Assembly: GCA_965243205.1 (NCBI GenBank)
Contig: CBDEUK010000002.1
Coordinates: 672,001-736,000, forward strand
DNA length: 64,000 nucleotides
Source of the DNA: Gammaproteobacteria bacterium
GTDB lineage: Bacteria > Pseudomonadota > Gammaproteobacteria > Eutrophobiales > Eutrophobiaceae
Reading direction: 5' to 3'
Numbering within the stretch: position 1 is the stretch's first letter; every line of letters starts with the position of its first letter. Both the position numbers and the translations under genes were made by a program. The notes beneath the pieces are model-generated. The model saw only the letters and a list, made by a program, of their open reading frames with translations. It was not told the origin of the DNA and did not search any database. Shown one piece after another: positions 33,061 through 43,063 of the stretch.

Positions 33061-34827
33061 TTACATTAAACCTATACGTCGACCTAAAGAGAACCATAGA
33101 ACATCTAAAGGTTTTATAAATTGATGAAATAAAAATAATCCTATTAATATCAATGCTAAAAATATAGCTATAATAATAATATATTTAATATAACGACCAC
33201 TTTTTTCAGTCCCAGTTTCCATATAAGGAACTACTGCTAATGGCACATTACCTAATAATCTCTCAACACCTTTTCTTCCGTAAACTGTATTATCTAAAGT
33301 ATCAATTAAAAAAACTAAACCAACACCAGCAGCTAACGATAAAAATAGACTAAGAACTCCCAGAAGCAAACGATTTGGTTTTGCTGGCTTAGCCGGTAAT
33401 AGAGGTGGTTCAATTAAAGTTAATTTTTCACTTTTATTTTCGCTCTCTAAAGACTGAGCGACTTCAGCCTCCATTTGTTTGGCTTTGATTTCCTGATATT
33501 TTGCTAACGCGTTCTGATAATTCCTTACAAGTTCACGATATTCTCTTTCAACTTGAGGAGCCTGGGTAATTCTATCTTCGTAATCTTGTAATTTATTACG
33601 TAACTTCTCTTGGCGCTCCTTTAAAGAATTTAACTCAATTGCTGTAGCATCCAACTCAGAACGTAATTGAACATAGATTGGGTTATCTGGAGTCTCATTA
33701 TTTCTTAAAGTTTTATTTCTTGGAGCGTTTGCATAGCTCTCTTGTAGAGAATCAACAACTCGTAATTGACGTTTTACATCAGGGTGATCCTCAGAGTATT
33801 TCTCTTGCAGTGTTGCTAAATCAGCCTTGGCATCTGCTAAATCTAAAGCAATTTCTGATTTAGATTTACCCGAACCAGTCTCCATTTTTAATGCGGCTAT
33901 TTCTTTTTTAATATTAATAACATTTGGATGTTCAGCAGAATATCGAGATGCTAAGGAAATGTATTCAGTTTCTAGAGCCTCAAGTCTTTCTTTCGGTGAT
34001 AAAACCCGACCACCTGCTGTACCACCAGTTGTTGGTTCTTGTTGTGATAATTCTGACTGCAAATAAATTCTGCGTTCTTTTAGATTTTGAATTTGTGCTT
34101 CAACTTGTTCTATATCTGATTCAGTACGATTCATGAATCTCTGATTCAAATCATTCAACTCTGGCAAAGCATCAGCATTTTCTTCTTTGAATTTTGCTAA
34201 AGCTTCTTCAAGACGACTAACTTCTTTACTTAAACGTTCTGATTCATCGGTCAAAAAGTTAGTTGCTTCCATTGCAGTCTGCGTTCGATCTTTTAAGTTC
34301 TCATTCAAATATAAACTTACTAATTCATTTGCTACTTTTTGAGCTAAAGATGGAGATCGATTTTCATAACTCAAACTAAAAGCAATAGTAGCCTTAGCAG
34401 CTCGCCCAGTCTTTGGATCAACAACATCGGCATTAATCATATTCATAGAAATATCTTTACGCATTTCATCAAGAATAACTTCTAATGGATCGTCTTCCCT
34501 TTCGCTAGCATACAGATTGTATTTTTCAATTATCTGGGAAAGATTTTGGGTGGTCATCACACGCTGGCTAATTATTTGAACACGTTGATTCGCATAACCT
34601 GTTACCGTTGTACGCACCAAATCTTGAGGAATCTCTTGTTGTTCAATTAATATAACTGCTTTCGATTGATAATATGCAGGTAAAAATAATGCCAGCAATA
34701 AACCAACGATTAATACAAAGATAAAGGCAAAGAAAAAATACAATTTACTGCGTTTAAATACTTCTATGTATTCTCCAAGAGATTTTTCTTGTGAATTTTG
34801 TTCTATAAATTCTTCTTGTATGTTCAT
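33061..34827 (-). CDS. Polysaccharide co-polymerase / chain-length determinant (GumC/Wzz-like)
   Basis: N-terminal TM, long coiled coil with two Y...HP(N/D)V motifs, PAKPAKPNR before the second TM. Confidence 0.88.
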   Translation of the reverse strand: MNIQEEFIEQNSQEKSLGEYIEVFKRSKLYFFFAFIFVLIVGLLLALFLPAYYQSKAVILIEQQEIPQDLVRTTVTGYANQRVQIISQRVMTTQNLSQIIEKYNLYASEREDDPLEVILDEMRKDISMNMINADVVDPKTGRAAKATIAFSLSYENRSPSLAQKVANELVSLYLNENLKDRTQTAMEATNFLTDESERLSKEVSRLEEALAKFKEENADALPELNDLNQRFMNRTESDIEQVEAQIQNLKERRIYLQSELSQQEPTTGGTAGGRVLSPKERLEALETEYISLASRYSAEHPNVINIKKEIAALKMETGSGKSKSEIALDLADAKADLATLQEKYSEDHPDVKRQLRVVDSLQESYANAPRNKTLRNNETPDNPIYVQLRSELDATAIELNSLKERQEKLRNKLQDYEDRITQAPQVEREYRELVRNYQNALAKYQEIKAKQMEAEVAQSLESENKSEKLTLIEPPLLPAKPAKPNRLLLGVLSLFLSLAAGVGLVFLIDTLDNTVYGRKGVERLLGNVPLAVVPYMETGTEKSGRYIKYIIIIAIFLALILIGLFLFHQFIKPLDVLWFSLGRRIGLM

Positions 34828-34843
34828 TTTTAGAGAAATAAAT

Positions 34844-36043
34844 CTAATTAAATATTATTTTATCTGCGACATAACGTATTTTTAGAAAAACATTATTTGA
34901 GTCGCGTTCATTATTTGAATTGATATCTTCAACTTGGCGATAACTGTATCCACCACTTACAGTCCAATGTCTGGAAAGTCTATAATTTAAAATAGTCGTT
35001 ACACTTGAAAACTCAGAACCATTCGTATTGTTTTGTTGTGTTACGCCACTACCACTTTCTAAATAGCGAAACCCTATATTACCGGAGAGTCTATTTGAAA
35101 ATTGTCTAGAGATAGTTGCTCGAAAATCATCATTTATCCGTTCATTACCTTGCACAGTAGGCGAGACTCTTCTATCAAATGTTGTACTAAAATTCATGTT
35201 TTCAAATTGTTTCTCAAGAGATAACGCTATTAACTCACCAACTCCATCCGATTTTACAGTCATAGGACCATTTACTGTTTGAGCAAGAGATTCTGATTCA
35301 GCAAAAGTTAAACCAAGTCCAATTGATGTTCTGAGCGTTTCACTAAAATTCTTTGTATATGTGACTTGAAAAGCATGATTAATTATTTCAGTTTGAGTAA
35401 TTGGTTTAAATTCAGTTCTATAGACTGTTGCGGAAAGACTATCTTTTTCACTTAGAATATAACTACCTTGCAGACCGTAATAAAAATTTTCATAATCATT
35501 AAAACCAGAGCCGAAAGCATCGAATTGAACATCGGTGTAACTAAAATTAGCGCCTAAGTTAACTCTTTCATTCAAGAAATAAGTATAACTTGGAGCAAGC
35601 ACTAAACGTTCCTGATCAATCTCATCAAAGTTCAAACCTGCAACAGATAAAGAAATAGGATCGATAATATCTGTTTGTAGTGTTACAGGTTGAATACTGT
35701 AATTCGATAAGAGATTAAACTCATTTCTTTCGTTAATTAAATGCCTAAAAGAAACATTAATACTCGTTGTTTCGGTATCTAGACCAATCTCTTCACTGTA
35801 TCTATTCACACCGATGATGGGAGTTATATACAAGCTTGTATCTTCAGATAGCATTAATAGTTTTACTTCGGCTTGAGTTCTCAAACCTACTGTTGTTTCG
35901 ACAAAGGCATCATTCACCAATAAACGCTTGTTATCATCGATCTCAGTGGTAATACCTAATATAGGCTGCGCAGAGAATTCAGCTGCTGAAAGGTTAAATG
36001 CCAACATACTCATACAGAAGACGAATTTAAATTTATTTTGCAT
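34844..36043 (-). CDS. Outer-membrane beta-barrel protein of the EPS export system
   Basis: Signal peptide, alternating beta-strand pattern with aromatic residues; located between OPX and co-polymerase genes. Confidence 0.7.
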   Translation of the reverse strand: MQNKFKFVFCMSMLAFNLSAAEFSAQPILGITTEIDDNKRLLVNDAFVETTVGLRTQAEVKLLMLSEDTSLYITPIIGVNRYSEEIGLDTETTSINVSFRHLINERNEFNLLSNYSIQPVTLQTDIIDPISLSVAGLNFDEIDQERLVLAPSYTYFLNERVNLGANFSYTDVQFDAFGSGFNDYENFYYGLQGSYILSEKDSLSATVYRTEFKPITQTEIINHAFQVTYTKNFSETLRTSIGLGLTFAESESLAQTVNGPMTVKSDGVGELIALSLEKQFENMNFSTTFDRRVSPTVQGNERINDDFRATISRQFSNRLSGNIGFRYLESGSGVTQQNNTNGSEFSSVTTILNYRLSRHWTVSGGYSYRQVEDINSNNERDSNNVFLKIRYVADKIIFN

Positions 36044-36087
36044 GTTGGATTAAGAAAAAGAATCAATTTAACAATTTATTTCAAGCG

Positions 36088-36651
36088 TTATGGCACTACG
36101 ACTACATCGCCTTTTTGTAGAATGATGTTCGTTTCTAAATCTTCGCCTTTTTCGACTTGCTTATAATTAAATGGGATTGCTTCCTCGTTACCATTTACAT
36201 CTCTTCTTAAGATGATTATTTTTTTCAATTTAGCAAATGTGGTTGTTCCGCCTGCAACACTAATCGCCTGCATGACATCGGTATCTTGACTCATTAATAT
36301 AGGACCTGGTCGGGCTACTTTTCCTAGAACGTAGGCCCTATTGCCTTGAGTTGACTCTACTGCAACATTGACTTCTGCCTCTGGAATATATTTTTCTAAT
36401 TTAGTGGCAATTTCTGCTCTTACTTCTTCTGCGGTTTTACCATCTGTTTCGATATCACCCGCTAGTGGAAATGAAATAGCGCCATCAGGGCGCACTAATA
36501 CTTCACGAGCCAGTTCTTCTTCATTCCAAACACTAATCTGGACTACATCTCCAGGTAAAATTTCATATCTTTCAATAGCATATGCTTGGTTCTGGACAAC
36601 TATAACCATCAAAAAACACAGCAACATGCTGAGTTTAAACTGGATACGCAT
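36088..36651 (-). CDS. Short periplasmic OPX polysaccharide export protein (Poly_export + SLBB)
   Basis: YEILPGDVVQISVW, VRPDGAISFPLAG, LQKGDVVVVP. Start placed at ATG 36651 after GGAG. No C-terminal OM helix. Confidence 0.88.
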   Translation of the reverse strand: MRIQFKLSMLLCFLMVIVVQNQAYAIERYEILPGDVVQISVWNEEELAREVLVRPDGAISFPLAGDIETDGKTAEEVRAEIATKLEKYIPEAEVNVAVESTQGNRAYVLGKVARPGPILMSQDTDVMQAISVAGGTTTFAKLKKIIILRRDVNGNEEAIPFNYKQVEKGEDLETNIILQKGDVVVVP

Positions 36652-36929
36652 TGATTTTTCTCCGATTATTGCTTTGGCAGATAATTGATTATTTAGAGAT
36701 AGAACATAGTTAATTCTATGAAATTTAACCATTATTTTTCCTTTGTATTACAGCGTAATTCACAAAAATGAAATGAATCTTACAATTCGCTAACGAGAAT
36801 AATTACATTTTATGAAAATTACATTAAAAAATAAACGTAAATACTGAAAATTTATAGAATTTTAGACAAAATTTAGCATTAATCATCATGTATATTTTTT
36901 TAAGGTAACGGATAGTAACTGTTATTCAT

Positions 36930-36948
36930 GCAAATGAGAATCATTATT
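36930..36948. promoter_or_regulatory. Putative Fur box
   Basis: GCAAATGAGAATCATTATT, 15/19 match to GATAATGATAATCATTATC. Confidence 0.55.
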
Positions 36949-37057
36949 AATAACAAATTCAGTCTATTTTTATTAAAATTTCGTGAAGATTTGCTCTAAG
37001 TCACTATTTACAGGTAAACCGAATGCATATTTGCTTGTCGAAAATTTTTATTAAAAA

Positions 37058-37091
37058 TTGTCATGAAAATATCATTTTATGACGATAAAGT
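37058..37091 (+). promoter_or_regulatory. Putative Pho box and -10 element upstream of gspC
   Basis: TTGTCAT-GAAA-ATATCAT (14/18 to consensus), followed exactly 10 bp later by TAAAGT. Confidence 0.55.
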
Positions 37092-37134
37092 TTAAACTAT
37101 TCAGAAGAATAGGAATGATTCCTCAAACAATACA

Positions 37135-37725
37135 ATGAATACGGTCACAAATAAGTTATTACAGCAATTACCAACGATTTTGGCTGCACTGCTTTTGCTA
37201 TGCACCATCGCTTATCACTGGACGGATGCCAATGCGACACCCACGCCTAAACTCGAAACAAGCATTGAAATAGATACTCCAAGCCTAAAAAATGACGAAA
37301 GTAAAATTAATCCAACTGAATTAAGGTTACTTCTTAATAAACCTGTATTCGGACAAGTTCCAAAACTACAGACGAAACCCATTGCAAAACAACCAGTTAT
37401 TAATGAACCTAAAGTCATTCCTAAAACTAAATTGAATTTGAAACTAAACGGTGTTGTCGCCAAAGCAGATGAAAAACTGGGACATGCCATTATAGATGGC
37501 AAAGAATATCGAGTTGGTGAAGCAATTGATGAAAGAACGAGTCTACATGCTGTTTACTCTAAACGAGTGATATTAAAATATAATAATAAACTGGAAGAAT
37601 TAGCATTACCGAATATGGAAACATCTGGTAACTCCCAATTTGCGCAAAAGCGTAATCAATTAACAAAAAGAAAAAATCTGGCTCGACGGTCACCTCCAGC
37701 GTTGCCTAGCGAAGCCGATAGATAA
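37135..37725 (+). CDS. gspC: Type II secretion protein C (no PDZ domain)
   Basis: N-terminal TM; HR domain TKLNLKLNGVV..AII..YRVGE..LHAVYSKRVIL..EELAL; directly upstream of gspD. Confidence 0.8.
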   Translation: MNTVTNKLLQQLPTILAALLLLCTIAYHWTDANATPTPKLETSIEIDTPSLKNDESKINPTELRLLLNKPVFGQVPKLQTKPIAKQPVINEPKVIPKTKLNLKLNGVVAKADEKLGHAIIDGKEYRVGEAIDERTSLHAVYSKRVILKYNNKLEELALPNMETSGNSQFAQKRNQLTKRKNLARRSPPALPSEADR

Positions 37726-37749
37726 GTAACTATAAAAATTAATTAACTG

Positions 37750-39828
37750 GTGATAATTTTGAAGATGTCTTTTAGAGGCTTTTTTAGGGCAGCTATTCTT
37801 TTGAGCATATGTATTCTCAGCGTATATATTCATGCCCAAGAGCAAACAAAACCTGCTCCTAATGAAGCTTTAACTCTGAATTTACAAAATGCAGATATCG
37901 GAGCATTGATTGAAACAGTTTCGTATGTCACTGGTAAGAACTTTATTGTCGACCCAAGAGTAACCGCTAAAGTAACCGTTGTTTCAGCAATTCCAACCGA
38001 ACCCGAACGTCTTTATGATTTATTTTTATCCATATTAAAAGTGCATGGTTATGCTGCAGTTGATCAAGGCGCTGCCATCAAGATAGTTCCAGATGTCAAT
38101 GCCAAACAAGAGAGTGTGCCAACTCTAATTAATGGTGTTAACAGCGAATCGGATCAAGTATCCACATTAGTTGTTGAATTACAGAACGTTTCAGCCAATG
38201 AATTAATACCAATTATTCGTCCTTTATTACCACAATCTGCACACTTAGCCGCACATGAAAATATTCTGATTGCTGCAGATAGCGCTAGCAACTTAAATCG
38301 TTTGATTAAAATCATTAAACGCATTGATCGTGAGAGCAATGTGGCATTTGAAGTAATTCAACTTCAATATGCAAACGCTGCGGATATTGTGCAATTAATC
38401 TCTCCTACTCTTCGTACTATCACCGCAGGCGATCCTAAAAAAGGGGCGGCCGCTGCGAATTCAAATTCCATTGTTGCAGATGAAAGAACCAACAGTATTT
38501 TATTGGTTGCTGATCGCAAACAACGTTTAGAAATTCGTGCATTAATCACCCACTTAGATACACCTGTCAACTCACAAAATAATGCAGAAGTAATTTATCT
38601 AAAATATGCAGTTGCTTCTGAATTAGCGCCCATCCTTGAAGGTATTGGCAGTAAACTTGAAGTAACTGATGGCAACACACCTGGTACAGGTGGTACAACT
38701 TCAGCAGCGAATACAAATACTACGAGACGCAGTTCTAATCGAGGTGGAAATCAAGGACCAATTTTTGATATAGAAGCAGATGATAATGTGAACGCATTGA
38801 TCATTCATGCTGAACCACGACGTATGGCTGCAATAAAATCGATTATCAAACAACTTGATATTCGCCGCGCGCAAGTATTAGTTGAAGGTGTGATAGCTGA
38901 AGTCTCCTATGACAAAGGAATAGAACTCGGTGTGCAATGGCAAACCTCTGCTACTAGCGATGGAGGCTTTGTAGGTCTTAATCCTCCATCAACCGAAATA
39001 TCAGACAGCATTACTAACTTTAATCCTCTCAGTATAGCCAGTGGTTTAAGTCTAGGATATTTTTCTGGCGGTACTTTAAGGGGACTATTGAGAGCTATTG
39101 CAGACGATCGTTTTTCAAATGTTCTTTCTACACCTACTTTAATGACACTTGATAATGAGGAAGCTGAAATTACCATAGGTCAAAATGTACCTTTTGTTAC
39201 TGGTTCCTTCACAACGAACGCAGATACATCTTCTAATCCATTTCAAACTATTGAACGACAAGATGTTGGCATTTTATTAAAAGTTAAACCGCAAATTAAC
39301 GAAGGCGATTCCGTTCGAATGGAAATTGAACAAGAAATTTCAAGTGTTGAACAAGGTACTTCTGGTGCAGGACTTATTACCAATAAGCGTTCTGTGACAA
39401 CGAATGTATTAGTTGATGATCAACAAATCATTGTTCTAGGCGGTCTACTGCAAGATGATGTAAGAGAAGTTAAAAATAAAGTCCCAGTATTAGGCGATGT
39501 ACCTCTTGTTGGCAATCTTTTCCGCAATACTAATAACAGCGCCGTTAAACAAAACTTAATGATTTTTTTACGCCCACAAATTGTTCGTGATTCTCGCACT
39601 GGTTCAAAACTTAGTAATAAAAAATATGATTATATTCGTAAGGAGCAACAAGAACTTAAGGAGCAAGGTGTAACGTTAATGTCTGATGATGTTATTCAAG
39701 AATTACCAGAGTTTGAAACAACTAATAAAACAGATGAAGATTTTATTCGTTCGTACTCTGAGCCAAAAACAAAAACTGATCCAGATGAATTGACTGAAAG
39801 TCTATCGAAATCTGGATTGCTAAAATAA
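37750..39828 (+). CDS. gspD: Type II secretion secretin D
   Basis: LNLQNADI, TGKNFIVDPRV, LDIRRAQVLVE, GQNVPF, KVPVLGDVP. Confidence 0.95.
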   Translation: MIILKMSFRGFFRAAILLSICILSVYIHAQEQTKPAPNEALTLNLQNADIGALIETVSYVTGKNFIVDPRVTAKVTVVSAIPTEPERLYDLFLSILKVHGYAAVDQGAAIKIVPDVNAKQESVPTLINGVNSESDQVSTLVVELQNVSANELIPIIRPLLPQSAHLAAHENILIAADSASNLNRLIKIIKRIDRESNVAFEVIQLQYANAADIVQLISPTLRTITAGDPKKGAAAANSNSIVADERTNSILLVADRKQRLEIRALITHLDTPVNSQNNAEVIYLKYAVASELAPILEGIGSKLEVTDGNTPGTGGTTSAANTNTTRRSSNRGGNQGPIFDIEADDNVNALIIHAEPRRMAAIKSIIKQLDIRRAQVLVEGVIAEVSYDKGIELGVQWQTSATSDGGFVGLNPPSTEISDSITNFNPLSIASGLSLGYFSGGTLRGLLRAIADDRFSNVLSTPTLMTLDNEEAEITIGQNVPFVTGSFTTNADTSSNPFQTIERQDVGILLKVKPQINEGDSVRMEIEQEISSVEQGTSGAGLITNKRSVTTNVLVDDQQIIVLGGLLQDDVREVKNKVPVLGDVPLVGNLFRNTNNSAVKQNLMIFLRPQIVRDSRTGSKLSNKKYDYIRKEQQELKEQGVTLMSDDVIQELPEFETTNKTDEDFIRSYSEPKTKTDPDELTESLSKSGLLK

Positions 39829-39843
39829 TACATTTTAAATGTA

Positions 39844-41313
39844 ATGGTTTCCGAAGCTCGTAAACTCCCTTTCAGTTTTGCTAAACAACAAGGTGTTCTT
39901 ATTAGTTCAACCGACACTGGTGAACCAAAAGTTTTATTTCGATCAGATACAAAACATTCAGCTATCCTTGAAGTACAGCGCTTTCTTTCCAAGCATTGTG
40001 ATATGGAAGAAATCAGTGATTCAGATTTTGAAATCGAATTACAAAAAACCTATGAAAACGGCAGCGAAGGTGCACAGCAAGCAATTAATGATATCAGTGA
40101 TGATTTAGATTTAAATTCTGTTGCCGAACAGTTATCTGAACCAGCCGATTTATTAGAATCTGCTGATGATGCGCCCATCATTCGTTTAATCAACGCTCTA
40201 CTTGCAGAAGCCATTCGTGAAAATGCTTCAGATATTCATATTGATTCTTATGAAAAACGTATGGTAATTCGCATGCGTGTTGATGGTGTGATGCGTGAAA
40301 TGTTACAACCGCCTAAGACATTAGCAAACTTGATTATCTCGCGTATCAAGATCATGGCCAAGCTAGATATTTCAGAAAAACGTTTACCATTGGATGGACG
40401 CATCTCGATTCGTATTGCTAACCGTCCTGTAGATGTTCGTGTTTCTACCATGCCGTCAGGGCATGGTGAACGTGTAGTGTTGCGTTTACTCGATAAACAA
40501 GCGGGCAAGTTACAGCTAGAACAACTTGGCATGCCTGATTCATTAGTAAAACAGTTCGATGAATTAATCCATTTACCTCATGGCATCATATTAGTAACAG
40601 GCCCAACCGGTTCTGGTAAAACCACAACCTTATATGCTGGACTCTCTCGATTGAACAATAATGTTAGAAACATTATGACGATTGAAGATCCTATCGAATA
40701 TCACATCGATGGTATTGCTCAATCACAAGTAAACACGAAAGTTGATTTTAGTTTTGCTAGAGGATTGCGTGCTATCTTACGACAAGACCCGGATGTAGTT
40801 ATGGTCGGTGAAATCCGTGATGCAGAAACTGTTCAGATTGCTATTCAAGCTTCATTAACAGGTCACTTGGTATTATCTACACTTCATACTAACTCAGCGG
40901 TAGGTGCAATCACTCGTTTGTTAGACATGGGAACAGAGTCTTTTTTATTATCTTCTAGTTTAGCAGCAGTATTAGCACAACGATTGTTGCGTAATTTATG
41001 TTCAGACTGTAAAGAACCTTATCAACCAAATGAAAGTGATATAAAAACGATAGGCTTTGAAGCAGATGTACTTTATCGAGCTAAAGGTTGTCCTAAATGT
41101 GGTAATACCGGATATCGTGGGCGCTCAGGTATACATGAATTAGTTACTATTACTGAACCTGTACGTCAACTCATACATGATGGTGCAGGACAATTAGAAA
41201 TTGAAAAACTCGTTTTCTCAACAACGCCAAGTCTACGCCAAATGGGTTTTATCAAGGCTGCGGCAGGAATAACTTCTGTCGAAGAAGTCATTCGTGTCAC
41301 AAGTGAAGCTTAG
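39844..41313 (+). CDS. gspE: Type II secretion ATPase E
   Basis: ASDIHI, GPTGSGKTTT, EDPIEY, LRQDPDVVMVGEIRD, CxxC...CxxC. Confidence 0.96.
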   Translation: MVSEARKLPFSFAKQQGVLISSTDTGEPKVLFRSDTKHSAILEVQRFLSKHCDMEEISDSDFEIELQKTYENGSEGAQQAINDISDDLDLNSVAEQLSEPADLLESADDAPIIRLINALLAEAIRENASDIHIDSYEKRMVIRMRVDGVMREMLQPPKTLANLIISRIKIMAKLDISEKRLPLDGRISIRIANRPVDVRVSTMPSGHGERVVLRLLDKQAGKLQLEQLGMPDSLVKQFDELIHLPHGIILVTGPTGSGKTTTLYAGLSRLNNNVRNIMTIEDPIEYHIDGIAQSQVNTKVDFSFARGLRAILRQDPDVVMVGEIRDAETVQIAIQASLTGHLVLSTLHTNSAVGAITRLLDMGTESFLLSSSLAAVLAQRLLRNLCSDCKEPYQPNESDIKTIGFEADVLYRAKGCPKCGNTGYRGRSGIHELVTITEPVRQLIHDGAGQLEIEKLVFSTTPSLRQMGFIKAAAGITSVEEVIRVTSEA

Positions 41314-41339
41314 CCTCATAACAAAATAGTTTATTCATT

Positions 41340-42551
41340 ATGCCTGCTTTCGAATACGTCGCAATTGATAAAACTGGAAACAAGAAGAAAGGCGTTAATC
41401 AAGGTGAATCAGCCAAACATATTCGACAACAATTACGTGAACAAGGATTAACCCCTCTTCAAGTAGACGAAATTCAACAAAAATCTAAAAAATCCAAAAG
41501 CCAATCATTCTTAACGCGGAGTATTCCCCAATCTGAAGTCACTTTAATGACACGCCAACTAGCTACATTAGTTCGTGCAGGATTACCATTGGATGATGCT
41601 CTGAAAACTTTAGCGGAACAAGTTGAGAATAAACAAGTACTGGCAATGGTCCAAGCAATTCATGCTAAAGTTTCTGAAGGGCATAGTTTAAGTGAAGGTA
41701 TGTCGCAATTTCCTAATGCCTTTTCTGAGTTATATATTGCAACCGTTTCGGCTGGCGAACATTCGCGTGATTTGGCTTTAGTATTAGAACGCCTTGCCGA
41801 TTACGTAGAACGTCGCCAAGCCATTGCTTCAAAGATTAAACTCGCACTTATCTACCCTATCGTACTAACCTTCATTGCGATCGTAGTAACCGGTTGCTTG
41901 TTAGTCTTTGTTGTTCCTGAAATCGTACAAATTTTTGAAAACTCAAAACAAGAACTTCCCAAAATCACTCAAATATTAATCTTCATCAGTGATTTCGTAC
42001 AACAATGGTGGTTTGTATGTTTCCTAGGTATTGCTGCTTTGATTGTATTTTTAAAATGGTATTTATCGAAAGAAAAACCTCGCTATAAATTTCACCAACT
42101 ATTATTAAGGTTACCTATCATCAGTTCATTAATGAAACAGTCTGATGCATCACGCTTTACTCATACACTCGGTATTTTGTTAGCGAGTGGCGCTCCAATG
42201 TTGGAATCATTAAAAATAGCTACCAGTGCTATTAACGCTTTACCGATCCGTGCTTCATTGGAACAGGCTGGTATTAAGGTTCGTGAAGGTGAATCTCTAC
42301 ATGCATCATTAAAGCAATCAACCAAATTACCTCCAATGACAATACATTTAATTGCCAATGGTGAATCATCAGGGAATCTGGAAGAGATGCTAGAAAGCGC
42401 AGCTAAGGCCCATGAACATAATGTTGAAACACTGACTGGAACTTTTGTCGGGTTACTTGGCCCACTGTTAATTGTTGCTATGGGTATCGTAATTGGTTTT
42501 ATTGTGATGGGAATATTGCTACCAATCTTTAATTTAAATCAGATGATTTAG
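41340..42551 (+). CDS. gspF: Type II secretion inner-membrane platform protein F
   Basis: MPAFEYVA, TRQLATL, AGEHS, ALIYP, GESSGNL. Confidence 0.95.
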   Translation: MPAFEYVAIDKTGNKKKGVNQGESAKHIRQQLREQGLTPLQVDEIQQKSKKSKSQSFLTRSIPQSEVTLMTRQLATLVRAGLPLDDALKTLAEQVENKQVLAMVQAIHAKVSEGHSLSEGMSQFPNAFSELYIATVSAGEHSRDLALVLERLADYVERRQAIASKIKLALIYPIVLTFIAIVVTGCLLVFVVPEIVQIFENSKQELPKITQILIFISDFVQQWWFVCFLGIAALIVFLKWYLSKEKPRYKFHQLLLRLPIISSLMKQSDASRFTHTLGILLASGAPMLESLKIATSAINALPIRASLEQAGIKVREGESLHASLKQSTKLPPMTIHLIANGESSGNLEEMLESAAKAHEHNVETLTGTFVGLLGPLLIVAMGIVIGFIVMGILLPIFNLNQMI

Positions 42552-42574
42552 AACTCAACAGTTATCACTCTGTA

Positions 42575-43063
42575 TTACATTACTAACATAGTGGCTTTAA
42601 CCATACCTGGATTCTTTGTTGGAGCAATATTAATACTCTCAACATTAATACCGTTTTGAAAATACAGATTCCCCAACCACTGCATTAATTTATTGTATTC
42701 AACATTATCAAAACGAAGGTTTGCACCACTGTCTTTACCAGGAGAGATTGAATTTAATTGGGTATTAATACCATAACGTTTCATACTACTATCAAGGTAA
42801 GATAATAAATTTTCAGGGGCGATCATTTGTTTTGTAGCTCTAGGTTGTTTTTTTAATGTATCGACCGTTGTTTTCGTTTGTTGCATGAAAGATAACAACT
42901 CTTGGGCTGCGACATGTTTGTTTTTAGCGTTTTTTAAACGATTTGCCGTGGGTTCAAGTAATAATAAATAAAATAAAGTGAGCAATACAAATATTACACC
43001 TATTGATACTAACAACCGTTCACGCTGTTCTAATGATTCAAACCAATCAAATACTTGTTTCAT
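42575..43063 (-). CDS. gspM: Type II secretion protein M
   Basis: WFESLEQRERLL, single TM, ferredoxin-like C-terminal domain; start overlaps the gspL stop codon. Confidence 0.85.
   Translation of the reverse strand: MKQVFDWFESLEQRERLLVSIGVIFVLLTLFYLLLLEPTANRLKNAKNKHVAAQELLSFMQQTKTTVDTLKKQPRATKQMIAPENLLSYLDSSMKRYGINTQLNSISPGKDSGANLRFDNVEYNKLMQWLGNLYFQNGINVESINIAPTKNPGMVKATMLVM

Noticed and set aside
36801-36825. Direct repeat AATTACATT x2 upstream of the EPS operon
   Set aside because: The 16-bp period does not fit the usual 10-11 bp response-regulator spacing, and the sequence is low-complexity AT.
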